From Gemmatimonas sp. (GTDB taxonomy: Bacteria > Gemmatimonadota > Gemmatimonadetes > Gemmatimonadales > Gemmatimonadaceae): a stretch of DNA of 49,807 nucleotides. The stretch covers positions 1 to 49,807 of the forward strand of contig JANNVQ010000009.1 of assembly GCA_031414535.1 (NCBI GenBank). The letters run 5' to 3'. Positions 11,301 through 20,115 of the stretch are shown one piece after another; position 1 is the first letter of the stretch; the number at the start of each line of letters is the position of its first letter. Position numbers and translations under genes: made by a program. The notes beneath the pieces were generated by a model. It did not search any database and was not told where the DNA came from. It saw nothing but the letters and a program-made list of their open reading frames with translations.

Positions 11301-12515
11301 ATTGTTCGCATCGATGGCGCCCTCCAAGACATCACGGAGCGGAAGAAACTCGAGGCACAGTTCCTCCGCGCGCAGCGCATGGAGAGCGTCGGGACGCTGG
11401 CCAGCGGTATCGCGCACGACATGAACAACATCCTCGCGCCGATCATGATGTCGGTGGAGCTGTTGAAGGAGGACGCCAAGGACGAGCAGACGCTCGAGAC
11501 CTTGAACACCTTGGCGTCTTCGTCGCAACGTGGCGCCGAGTTGATCCGCCAACTGCTCGCCTTCGCGCGCGGCATCGACGGCCAGCGGGTCCCGGTGGAC
11601 GTCCACGCCTTGCTCGTTGATTTGCATCGGGTGATGAAGGATGTCTTCCCCAAGAACGTGGAGTTCTCAGTCTCAACCGCGGCCGATTGCTGGAAGACGC
11701 ATGGAGACGCGTCACAGTTGCATCAGGTCTTCCTGAACCTGTGCGTCAACGCGCGCGACGCGATGCCGCAGGGCGGGAAGTTGACAATTGACGTCGAGAA
11801 CGTCGTGCTGGACGACGTCTACGCCGCCATGAACCCGCAGGGAAGGGCGGGGGCATTCGTCGTCGTCAGTGTGAGCGATGATGGCGTGGGTATGCCGCCG
11901 GCCGTGATTGACCGGATTTTTGAGCCCTTCTTCACCACAAAGGAAGTGGGCAAGGGGACTGGATTGGGGCTCTCGACCGTGCTGGGAATCGTCAAGAGCC
12001 ACGGCGGTTTTGTAAACGTGTACAGTGAAGAGGGTGCGGGGACGCAGTTCAAGGTCTATCTGCCCGCGCAAGCATCGGAAACCGAGCGAGAAGAAGTGGT
12101 AGTCACGCAGTCGAATCTGCCGCGCGGCAACGGCGAACTGGTCCTGCTCGTGGACGATGAATTGGGCGTCCGGGAAATCGCGAGAAAGACGCTGGTGCGG
12201 TTCGGCTATCGGGTCGTGGAGGCCGCGAACGGCGCGGAAGCGGTCGCGCTGTATGTGCAGCGAGCGCGGGAGGTGGCCATCGTGTTGACGGATATTTCGA
12301 TGCCCGTCATGGATGGCGTTGCGCTAATCACGGCGTTGCGCTCGCTGAATCCCAAGCTGCGCGTCTTGGTCTCCAGTGGCCTTCCCCTTAATGTGGGAGT
12401 GGCGAAAACGATGGAATGGGGCGCTGCCCGATTCATTCCGAAGCCTTACACGTCCGAACGCCTGCTGCGGGTCATCCACGAGGAGTTGCAGGCCGCGCCA
12501 CGACCGCAGGACTGA
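8307..12515 (+). CDS. Cytoplasmic multi-PAS/GAF hybrid histidine kinase
   Basis: Several PAS/PAC repeats (HPDD...DITER), a GAF domain, ESVGTLASGIAHDMNN, HATPase and receiver; coupled to kaiB. Confidence 0.95.
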   Translation: MTSKKRGPPSDAGARIAELVRQFHEAERELHELTGGELDAISGLGKTPLLLHEAQERLRASEDAHRAQAQRQLAILNALPAHIALLDRDGVIVAVNEAWRRFASANALQSAEFLVGQNYLAVCESADGDCAEESESVARGIRRVLNGDEQEFSLEYPCHSPTERRWFRVMVTPLSADRLAGAVVMHVNVTERRLADEALRERERQQRQLAESLAAETRRLYESQAVASIGSWETDLRTLDVAWTAETFRIFEVSPDAFRPTHQGFLDRVHPADRELVSEAFIASAGQEGICTIEHRILLPDGRIKVVEERWQAFADESGAPSRAVGTCQDITERRRAGDLLLLRARQQEAVARIGFETARATTVEGILEFVVHTVAGALEVEMCKVLQLTPDGRQLRLVSGVGWQSGMVGTALVGVDDASQAGYTLASAGPIFVNDLRTETRFHAPPLLTQHEVISGLSVTISIVGKPWGVLGAHSRSVREFGEIDAQFMQSVASLLAVVIERLAAQRTLAQSERRMRDAQRIANIGSWELEIADGRRTWSDEVCQILGVPPVPLGQPQESYFELVHPDDRERVSAAQASAIAGDAVFDVEHRIVRPDGVTRHVRQRAELVRDEEQRPVVLSGTLLDITERVQRELQMEEAQRRYRDLVESSQDLIWAVDATGVITFMNQASRTIYGREPEEMIGRPFLEFVPPDQYEKDLATFTEALESGQETLNYVSRVYRKDGSIVILNANARIMRDAAGQVMGSTGISRDMTASLRAQEALRESDAHLQFTLESSQLGDWELDLATGEARHSLRHDRCFGYTAPLPKWNFEIFIAHVHPDDRERVQTAFQAAVATSTPWDFDCRVIWPDGTVHWIAARGSVFLVDGKAERMHGIVQDITQRKETEEQLRNSQRMMRIAGRAAKLGGWSIDLPEFKVTWSDETAIIHDCEPGYSPSLQEAIAFYLPEDRDTISEHVRVITTEGTPWGFEHELITAKQRRIWVRAIGEARRNEAGEIVRIDGALQDITERKKLEAQFLRAQRMESVGTLASGIAHDMNNILAPIMMSVELLKEDAKDEQTLETLNTLASSSQRGAELIRQLLAFARGIDGQRVPVDVHALLVDLHRVMKDVFPKNVEFSVSTAADCWKTHGDASQLHQVFLNLCVNARDAMPQGGKLTIDVENVVLDDVYAAMNPQGRAGAFVVVSVSDDGVGMPPAVIDRIFEPFFTTKEVGKGTGLGLSTVLGIVKSHGGFVNVYSEEGAGTQFKVYLPAQASETEREEVVVTQSNLPRGNGELVLLVDDELGVREIARKTLVRFGYRVVEAANGAEAVALYVQRAREVAIVLTDISMPVMDGVALITALRSLNPKLRVLVSSGLPLNVGVAKTMEWGAARFIPKPYTSERLLRVIHEELQAAPRPQD

Positions 12516-12541
12516 GCGGCGGGACTTCACGTCGGCGTCGT

Positions 12542-15500
12542 CTACACGCGCGGCACGCGTACGCGGTGGATTTCCTCATACACGCTGCGAAGCAATCTTT
12601 CCGCCGTATATGGCTTTGAGACAAATCTTGTGGCGCCAGATTCCATCGCCTTGGCGACGCCCGCGTTGACCGGTAGTCCGCTGGAAATCAGCACCCGAAC
12701 GTCGGGGTCGAAGGATTGCAACGCGGCGAGCAGCGCGACGCCGTCCATGATTGGCATCGACACATCCGTCAGGACGAGCGCGATGTCGCGCTGATGCTGG
12801 GCGTACAGCGCCACCGCTTCGGCTCCGTTGGGGGCCTCTATGACACGGTAGCCGAACCGCACCAGCGTCTTTTTGGCAATCTCCCGGACGCCCGCCTCAT
12901 CGTCCACCAGCAGGATCAGTTCGCCCTTGCCGCGCGGCATCATCGTCTGCGTGAGCGACGTCTCTTCACGTTCCTTCTGTCCAGCCTGCGCGGGGAGGTA
13001 CACCTTGAACTGCGTTCCCGTGCCCTCCTCGCTGTACACGTTGACGAAGCCGCCATGGCTCTTGACGATCCCCAACACCGTCGAGAGCCCCAAGCCGGTG
13101 CCCTTGCCCACTTCCTTCGTCGTGAAGAAGGGTTCAAAGATCCGGTCGATCATGGCCGCTGGCATCCCCGTGCCGCTGTCGCTCACGCTGACAGCCACGA
13201 ATGCCCCCGCCCTCCCCTGCGGGTTCATGGCGGCGTAGACATCATCAAGTACGACGTTCTCAACTCCAATCGTCAACTTTCCGCCATGTGGCATCGCGTC
13301 GCGCGCGTTGACGCACAGGTTCAGGAACACCTGATGCAGCTGTGACGGATCTCCTTCGGTCTTCCAGAGATCGTGCATCGCGGAAACACTGAATGACACG
13401 TCCTTGGGGAAGACATCCTTCATTACCCGCTGCAGATCAACGAGCAAGGCGTGGACGTCCACCGGGACGCGCTGGCCGTCGACGCCCCGCGCGAACGCCA
13501 GCAGCTGGCGGATCAAGTCGGCGCCACGCTGCGACGAGGACGCCAAGATGTTCAAGGTCTCGAGCGTCTGCTCGTCTTTCGCGTCCTCCTTCAGCAGCTC
13601 CACCGACATCATGATCGGCGCGAGGATGTTGTTCATGTCGTGCGCGATGCCACTGGCCATCGTGCCGACGCTCTCCATGCGCTGCGCACGAAGGAACTGC
13701 GCCTCCAGTTTCTTCCGCTCCGTGATGTCGGTCTCGATGCAGAGCACGCTCTGGGGATTACCCAGTTCGTCGCGCACTAGGGTCCAGCGGCATTCCAGCG
13801 TGATCGACTGCCTCCCTCGGGTCTGCTTGTTCAGTTCCCCCTTCCACTCGCCGGTTTGCAGCAAGGTCGCGACGCCTGCCTCGAATACATCAGGGTCGGG
13901 ATGCAAGAGCTCGGTGGTCAGCTGACCGAGAGCGTCGGCCGCACTCCACCCGAACATTCGTTCGGCGGCGGGATTCCAGAAGAGCACCCGATGCGCGAGG
14001 TCGCGGACGATGATGGCGTCCGTCGCTTTCTCTAGCAGGGTCGCTTGCTCTCGGATGCGCGTGTCCGCGCTCAGCCGCTCGAACTCGCCAGCAGCACGCG
14101 TGGCGAAGATCTGAAGTGTGGAGCCAACGAATCGTGCATCCACCAAGGGTGACCGGAAGATCGCGTACATCACGCCCAGCAGCTGGCCGTCCGAGGTGAG
14201 CAGGCGCCGCCCGACATATGCCTCGGCATCCGCCGCCACGAGGCGAGGGGAGCCGGGGAAGTGTCGCGCCGCGCCGGCCAGCACGAAACACTCGTCGCGG
14301 TCGGCGAGCGCCTCGCACGGCGTGCCACGCAGGACGTAATCGAAGTTCTCCACAACGTGACCATCCAGCACGGCCGCCACGGTTCGGGCCACCGCCGGCT
14401 CGCCCGGGAGGAATCGCGCCACGAACGCCCCGTCGGCGTTCATCGCTTTCGCGGCACTGGTCGCCAGAGAACGAAAGAAATCCGCACCGACACTGCCCGA
14501 GACACTCGCCGCGACCTCCGCCACCGCGGCCTCGAGCCGCCGACGCTCCTCTTGAGATCGCAGCGTGCCGATGCCGAACGCCAGATCGTCGGCCAGTTCG
14601 CGCAGCACACGGAGTTCGTCCTCGTGCGGCGCGCGCACCGTGCCCGCATAGAGTACGAGCACGCCGAAGGTGCGGATCGAGTTCTTGAGCGGCAGCACCA
14701 CCACGCCGACGTACCCCCGCGCTTGCGCGCTCGCGAGCCAGGGCGCGAAGCTGGGTTCCGCCGAAAAATCACGAATGACCAGAGAGTCGCCGCTGCGAAT
14801 GACCTGACCCGCCGGCCCCCGGCCATTCGGCTGATCATCGGCCCAACTGAGGATTAACTCAGACAGATACCCATCTTCAGACCCGGCAGAGCTCATCGGC
14901 GAGATCGTCTTGCCCGCGTCGTCCTGCGCGTAGCCCACCCAAGCCATCGCGAACTCTCCCACCTCGACCGCAATCCGACAGATGTCCTCGAGCAAAGTGG
15001 CTTCGTTGGTCGAGCGGACCAATGCTTCGTTGCAGCGACTGAGCATCTGTAACGCGCGATTGCTGGACACGAGGGCCAGATCGGCGGCCTTGCGATCCGA
15101 AATGTCCTGAAAGGCGCCATAGATTCGCACAATCTCGCCCGCTTCATTGCGCCGCACCTCCGCAATCGAACGGACCCAGATGCGCCGCTGCTTTGCCGTG
15201 ATGAGTTCGTGCTCGAAGTCCCAGGGAATCCCCTCGGTCGTAATCCGCCGCACGTACTCCGACACCGCGTCCCGGTACTCGGGTGGATAGAACTCGATCC
15301 CCTCCTGCAGGCTGGGCGAGTAGCCCGGCTCACAATCGTGGATGATCGCGGTCTCATCGCTCCACGTCACCCTGAACTCCGGCAGATCAATGCTCCAACC
15401 GCCCAGCTTGGCGGCGCGGCCCGCGATGCGCAGCATGGTCTGGTTCTGCAGGAGTCGTTCGGTCGCGAGATGGCGCTCGGTGATGTCTTCGATCACCCCC

Positions 15501-16393
15501 ACGAACTGCTGCGCATCGGCGGCCTCGGCTGGCACCAATGCGAGTGTCAAATGACACCACACCACTCGGCCGTCCCGGCGGATATAACGCTTCTCCCAAT
15601 GCTCCGATTGCAACTCGCCGGAAAGCAATCGTGCCGTGATCACTGCTTCACGCGCGCGGTCGTCTGGGTGCGTGGTCTCGATGCAGTTCCTCGCCAGCAG
15701 TTCGTCGGCCGAATAGCCCACGATCTCGCAGAACCGGTGGTTGGTGCGAAGGAACTCTCCCTCCGATGACACCAAACACATGCCGACAGCCGCTTGGTCG
15801 AAGAGCACGCGGAACCGCGCCTCGGAGGCGCGGAGCAGATCCGCCGCCTGCTTACTCTGCGTGATGTCCCGCGTGACACTCAGGACGCCCGTGGCCGTGC
15901 CGTCGGCCGCCCGGAGTGGCGCGGCATGCGATTCCATCCAGCGTTCAGTCCCGCGGAGTCCAATGATGCGGAACTGCGCCATACCCGTGGCGCCAGCAGA
16001 GGCCCGCGTATGCAGGTCCATGAAAATGGCGCGGTCGTCCGGGTGCACGAGGCCGAGCATCGGCTTACCGATGACCTGCTCGGCATCTGGGGCCTCGATC
16101 ATGCGCAGCCCGGCTGGGTTCATTTCCACCAGGACGCCGTCTGGTGAGATGATCTTTACGCATTCCGGCTCGTTCTCGAAGATGGCCCGCAGGCGGCTCT
16201 CGCTCCTGCGTAGGCGCTCTTGCGCTTCTCGCAACAAGAGCGGCGCACCGCCCGGCGCGGAGACGGCGTCCACTTCGCCTCCGATCAACTCCTGCAATTC
16301 GAGCTCGGCCTCGAGGACCCGCTGCACCAACTCGGCGATTCGCGCGTCGGTGCCGTCGGAGCCGTCTGCGGGGCGTGGTTTCCCTGACTTCAC
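12542..16393 (-). CDS. Cytoplasmic multi-PAS/GAF hybrid histidine kinase, paralogue of 8307-12515
   Basis: PAS repeats, GAF, ESVGTMASGIAHDMNN, HATPase, receiver. GTG start at 16393 chosen by alignment with the paralogue N-terminus. Confidence 0.93.
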   Translation of the reverse strand: MKSGKPRPADGSDGTDARIAELVQRVLEAELELQELIGGEVDAVSAPGGAPLLLREAQERLRRSESRLRAIFENEPECVKIISPDGVLVEMNPAGLRMIEAPDAEQVIGKPMLGLVHPDDRAIFMDLHTRASAGATGMAQFRIIGLRGTERWMESHAAPLRAADGTATGVLSVTRDITQSKQAADLLRASEARFRVLFDQAAVGMCLVSSEGEFLRTNHRFCEIVGYSADELLARNCIETTHPDDRAREAVITARLLSGELQSEHWEKRYIRRDGRVVWCHLTLALVPAEAADAQQFVGVIEDITERHLATERLLQNQTMLRIAGRAAKLGGWSIDLPEFRVTWSDETAIIHDCEPGYSPSLQEGIEFYPPEYRDAVSEYVRRITTEGIPWDFEHELITAKQRRIWVRSIAEVRRNEAGEIVRIYGAFQDISDRKAADLALVSSNRALQMLSRCNEALVRSTNEATLLEDICRIAVEVGEFAMAWVGYAQDDAGKTISPMSSAGSEDGYLSELILSWADDQPNGRGPAGQVIRSGDSLVIRDFSAEPSFAPWLASAQARGYVGVVVLPLKNSIRTFGVLVLYAGTVRAPHEDELRVLRELADDLAFGIGTLRSQEERRRLEAAVAEVAASVSGSVGADFFRSLATSAAKAMNADGAFVARFLPGEPAVARTVAAVLDGHVVENFDYVLRGTPCEALADRDECFVLAGAARHFPGSPRLVAADAEAYVGRRLLTSDGQLLGVMYAIFRSPLVDARFVGSTLQIFATRAAGEFERLSADTRIREQATLLEKATDAIIVRDLAHRVLFWNPAAERMFGWSAADALGQLTTELLHPDPDVFEAGVATLLQTGEWKGELNKQTRGRQSITLECRWTLVRDELGNPQSVLCIETDITERKKLEAQFLRAQRMESVGTMASGIAHDMNNILAPIMMSVELLKEDAKDEQTLETLNILASSSQRGADLIRQLLAFARGVDGQRVPVDVHALLVDLQRVMKDVFPKDVSFSVSAMHDLWKTEGDPSQLHQVFLNLCVNARDAMPHGGKLTIGVENVVLDDVYAAMNPQGRAGAFVAVSVSDSGTGMPAAMIDRIFEPFFTTKEVGKGTGLGLSTVLGIVKSHGGFVNVYSEEGTGTQFKVYLPAQAGQKEREETSLTQTMMPRGKGELILLVDDEAGVREIAKKTLVRFGYRVIEAPNGAEAVALYAQHQRDIALVLTDVSMPIMDGVALLAALQSFDPDVRVLISSGLPVNAGVAKAMESGATRFVSKPYTAERLLRSVYEEIHRVRVPRV

Positions 16394-16659
16394 GATGGGC
16401 CTCGAGTAACTGAGGTGCCACGAGTGGAGGCCGCCTGCACGGCGCACGCGCAGTTCTCGCTCAGATGAGCGACGCTAGCGGAACTCACGGCCCGGCTCCC
16501 ACGAAGAGGAGGTGGAGCGAGCTGGATTAAGCGCGCAGCGAACTCCACAACATTTACTCGAAGTGAAAATGTACGCGATTGGCTTTCCCTTTTTCAAGCG
16601 AGACTGCGACGCCGTTCCAGGCGCCGAGCCTTACTCGGAGGGCGCACGGCCGGTACGCG

Positions 16660-17385
16660 TCAGCTCGTGCCTCGTGCGAAGGCCTCGGAAGCCGAGCCCG
16701 TCCGCCGCTGAGCTGCCAGTGGACTCAGACGCACCCACCTGAAGTGCCAGAGGGTCGCGATTTTCAGCGACGCGCTGACTGAGGCCAGCAGTACGAGTGG
16801 CCAGCCGTCCGCTAGCCCCATCACCAAACCGAACGCGACGGTGGTGAGGCCCGAGATGAGGACGCACTGATGGAACCGCAACGAAACGGCTCCCGTGCGA
16901 CCGCTGCGCCGAATCAGTTGAATTTGGTGCACATAGCCTTGGGCGAGGACCACCGTCGCCGCGACGACCAAGCCCTGGGCGGCGATGGCTCCGGCATCGG
17001 CCCACGGCTTGATCCAGAGTACGAGCGGGGCGCCCGTCATGAGGGCAATGGCTAACCGGTACACGCGCCACACCCCGGCATTGGGCCGGTCGAGGGCGAT
17101 TTCCCTCAGGAGCAGGATGGCGAGGACCGCGGCGACGAATCGTGGCAATCCCAAGTACACGTTCACCGGTGTCAAGCTGAGCGAGTAGAGCACGAAGGCG
17201 AAGCAAGCCAGGAAGACGCTCAGGACCTGGTTCAGGGAAAGGACCGAGGTCGGGAGTTCGCTGGGGAGGTCGCCTGCGGCGTGTTGCCGCCGCCGGCGCC
17301 ACACCTTGCGCAACTGAAAGACCTCGCCAAGTGCCGTGAAGAGAAAGGCCACCGCGGCGATCGCACCGGAGAGGTGGTATTCCAC
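16660..17385 (-). CDS. Membrane protein, PQ-loop/SemiSWEET-like two-repeat architecture
   Basis: About 7 TM segments, with two repeats FQLRKVWRRR...VLSL and HQIQLIRRSGRTGAVSL. Confidence 0.55.
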   Translation of the reverse strand: MEYHLSGAIAAVAFLFTALGEVFQLRKVWRRRRQHAAGDLPSELPTSVLSLNQVLSVFLACFAFVLYSLSLTPVNVYLGLPRFVAAVLAILLLREIALDRPNAGVWRVYRLAIALMTGAPLVLWIKPWADAGAIAAQGLVVAATVVLAQGYVHQIQLIRRSGRTGAVSLRFHQCVLISGLTTVAFGLVMGLADGWPLVLLASVSASLKIATLWHFRWVRLSPLAAQRRTGSASEAFARGTS

Positions 17386-17386
17386 G

Positions 17387-17914
17387 CTATGCCCCTCGCC
17401 CAGCAGCGAGGAGCTCGTCGCCCAGCTTCACCACATCTACCACGACGTCAATCCCAGGGCCGAGCGTCGGGACCGCGCGGCCGCCGCCGAAGCGAAACGC
17501 GTGCCCGGAGACGATGAAGCGGCACCGAAAGACGGGTTCGGGACGGGCCTGCAGTTTGGCGATGAAGTCGCAGGCAATTGGCACCGGCTCCGGGAGTAAG
17601 CATGAAAACCCCACGACTTTCGGCTTGCCGTCACTCAGCAGTGCCACGACGTCCTCGGGCAGCAGCGCCGCCACAAACGCCTCGACAGACAGCCGTCGCG
17701 CGGCAAGGACCTTGGCGGCAAAGCGCAGACCGAGCGTGTGGCTGTTCCTCGGCGTCTGGAAAATGATCACGTGCAGCGGGCGGGATTGACGGTCGGGACG
17801 GATGCCATCGCTGAGCGACGGATCATCGTACGGCGCTGACTCACCGAGTTTATCGCCCGCGATGGACTCTCCGTCACCGCGAGCGGTGAAGTGTCTAGCG
17901 CACATGCGAGGCAC
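17387..17914 (-). CDS. Putative cobalamin-binding (B12-binding)-like Rossmann domain protein
   Basis: VIIFQTPRNSHTLGLRFAAKVL...PKVVGFSC...IVSG resembles the HxxG...SxL...GG B12-binding motif. Start uncertain. Confidence 0.45.
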   Translation of the reverse strand: MPRMCARHFTARGDGESIAGDKLGESAPYDDPSLSDGIRPDRQSRPLHVIIFQTPRNSHTLGLRFAAKVLAARRLSVEAFVAALLPEDVVALLSDGKPKVVGFSCLLPEPVPIACDFIAKLQARPEPVFRCRFIVSGHAFRFGGGRAVPTLGPGIDVVVDVVKLGDELLAAGRGA

Positions 17915-18169
17915 CCTACGCGGAAGACTACAGCATGTGACTGCCCCCTAATCATACGACGGCCCTCCTAAACGCGTCTCTCAGCAGCATTCGCCTCGCG
18001 GCATAACGGCAGGTTGTGCTGCGGCCGTTCAAATAGTTTGCGGCGTCGGGGCCCCCGCCGCTTCCGACGCCCGGCCGTCAGGCGCCGTGAATCTGACGTC
18101 GTCAAGAACATAGCCGGCTTTCCCACGCATGCAGCGCGAGGTAGGGCCGACATCCTGCACAGCCCAACG

Positions 18170-18403
18170 CTAGAAGGTCGTGCTGGTTCCGCGCGGTGTG
18201 ACCCGCCGGACTCGCGCCTGGTTCGAGGTGGAATACTCCAAAATCCAGAGATCACCGTTGGGAGCCACGGTCACGCCGGAGGGTGCCCAGGGCGTCGCGC
18301 TTCGCGCCACCGTGCTCACATGTCCGCCGGAATCGATCTGGACCACCCGCCACGCCCATACACCGCGGCAAGCAGGCTGTGGCGAGTGTTGTCGGGCGCG
18401 CAT
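18170..18403 (-). pseudogene. C-terminal fragment of an NHL/beta-propeller repeat protein
   Basis: RVVQIDSGGHVSTVARSATPWAPSGVTVAPNGDLWILEY looks like one propeller blade; no plausible N-terminus. Confidence 0.4.
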
Positions 18404-18549
18404 TCATATAGAAGTTGCAACAACGTCCCCATACCCAAAGGTGGGTGAGGTGACCTCGGGCAGGCTCGGCTTCAAGCCCCCCGCCGCCAAGCAAGCGACG
18501 GGTGGCTTATCACCAATCCCTAAGATGAAGACGCGGGCAAGACGATCCG

Positions 18550-20046
18550 TCAAAAAACCACACTCGCATTCGGCGAGCAGGTCGTTGTCGATGCGTTGCA
18601 CACCCTGTAGGTGAATGTGCCGCTGCTACCGCGTGCGAGAGCGTCCGTGTACAGCCCGTCGTTGGGTGTAGTGACGATCTTCACGCCGTTGCGAAAGACG
18701 TCGACGTTCGCGGCGCTTGAGCCCGACCACGTGAGATCGACCTTCGGCGTTTTCCCCGACCTGTAGCCGCGGGCGGCGAGCGTGATGTTATCTGGCGCCG
18801 GAGCTGTCACAGTCACGGTCTGCGACTGGCTACCGGTCGCACCCCCGTTGTCAGTCACCGTCAAGGAGACGGCATAGCTGCCGGCGGCCGCATACGTCCG
18901 TGACGGATTCTGAACGGCAGAAGTGCCGGCGTCACCGAAGTTCCAGCTCCAAGCCGCGATCGTCCCGTCGCTATCCGTGCTACCGTCGGTGAAGGTGCAC
19001 GTAAGCCCGCTGCAGGAATAGGTGAAGCTGGCGGTCGGGGCGACGTTTAGCGGTGGCGGAGATCCTCCCATCGTGTAGCGCGTCAGCACTGGATGGTGGT
19101 CGCTCGTCGTGGTCGAGTAGTTCGTGATGTACGTGTCGAGCCGGTAAACCTCAGCCGACCCGGATACATAGGTCGCGCTCGCTTCGTTCGTAACGAGCTG
19201 ATGATCAATCAGATCCGGATAGCTGGTCGAGGAGACCCCCGCGTCCGACAGCGCTTTCGTCGGGAACCGGTAGTTGCTGGCCGCATCCACGAAATTCTTG
19301 TACGGGGAAGTCCGGCCGGCGTTGATCGAGGCGTCCACGTCGTCATTCCAGTCGCCGATCACGAACACTTTCTGAGTCGGATATGTCGCATCGAGATAGG
19401 CCTTGAGCGCGTTCGACGCGTTCTGTCTCCGCGTGTAGCTCTCGTCGTCGGTGCAACACTTCATATGTAGCACAACGACGACGATGTCCTCGGTGGTGCC
19501 GTTCAGGGTCACGCGGAGCTTGACCTCCATCGGGGGACGGCCCGCAAAGTCGAAATCGTTTGCCGTGAGGATGATTCTCGCGCCGAGCAGTGTCGCGAGC
19601 GAGCTCTTGTAGAGGATGCCCACCTTCTGCTCGTTGTTGCTGAAGCCGCTGTAGTAGGTCGGGCCATCCACTACGAAAGATTCGTTCGCCAGGAATCCCG
19701 TATAGCCGGTGAGCTGAGCTTCCAGATTGTTGAAGCGAGTCGCATTCACCACTTCCTGGAGCCCCCAGATGTCGAGGTCGGCACCGACGATCACGTCTCG
19801 GACGTTCGTCTGCTGCAGGGCGTCGTCCGTGGGCCCGTTAGCAGGGTCGCCAAACCACTCGATGTTCCACGTGCCGAAGTCGAGCGAGGCACTCGTGCCT
19901 TTCGCGGGCACTGTCGCGAGGAGCTGCGGCCCGGACGCGACCCCAGCGTCGGGCGCGGCGATCTCGCCGACTTCCGCGCAGGAGGCGAACAGTGTGATGA
20001 ACCCGAGCGCAACGAATGGTGCGAGCCGTCCAAGCGGTTTTCCCAT
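18550..20046 (-). CDS. Secreted endonuclease/exonuclease/phosphatase (DNase I-like) lipoprotein with PKD domain
   Basis: Lipobox FASC; GTWNIEWF, GLQEV, HMK, GDWN, IDH, SDHHPV catalytic motifs; PKD motif WSWNFGD. ATG 20046 preceded by GGAG. Confidence 0.9.
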   Translation of the reverse strand: MGKPLGRLAPFVALGFITLFASCAEVGEIAAPDAGVASGPQLLATVPAKGTSASLDFGTWNIEWFGDPANGPTDDALQQTNVRDVIVGADLDIWGLQEVVNATRFNNLEAQLTGYTGFLANESFVVDGPTYYSGFSNNEQKVGILYKSSLATLLGARIILTANDFDFAGRPPMEVKLRVTLNGTTEDIVVVVLHMKCCTDDESYTRRQNASNALKAYLDATYPTQKVFVIGDWNDDVDASINAGRTSPYKNFVDAASNYRFPTKALSDAGVSSTSYPDLIDHQLVTNEASATYVSGSAEVYRLDTYITNYSTTTSDHHPVLTRYTMGGSPPPLNVAPTASFTYSCSGLTCTFTDGSTDSDGTIAAWSWNFGDAGTSAVQNPSRTYAAAGSYAVSLTVTDNGGATGSQSQTVTVTAPAPDNITLAARGYRSGKTPKVDLTWSGSSAANVDVFRNGVKIVTTPNDGLYTDALARGSSGTFTYRVCNASTTTCSPNASVVF

Positions 20047-20115
20047 TCTTTTCTCCGGTTGAGTGGTTGGCAAAAGAAGGTCTGTCTAGCCAGCTATTCT
20101 CGTGCGACCGGATGC

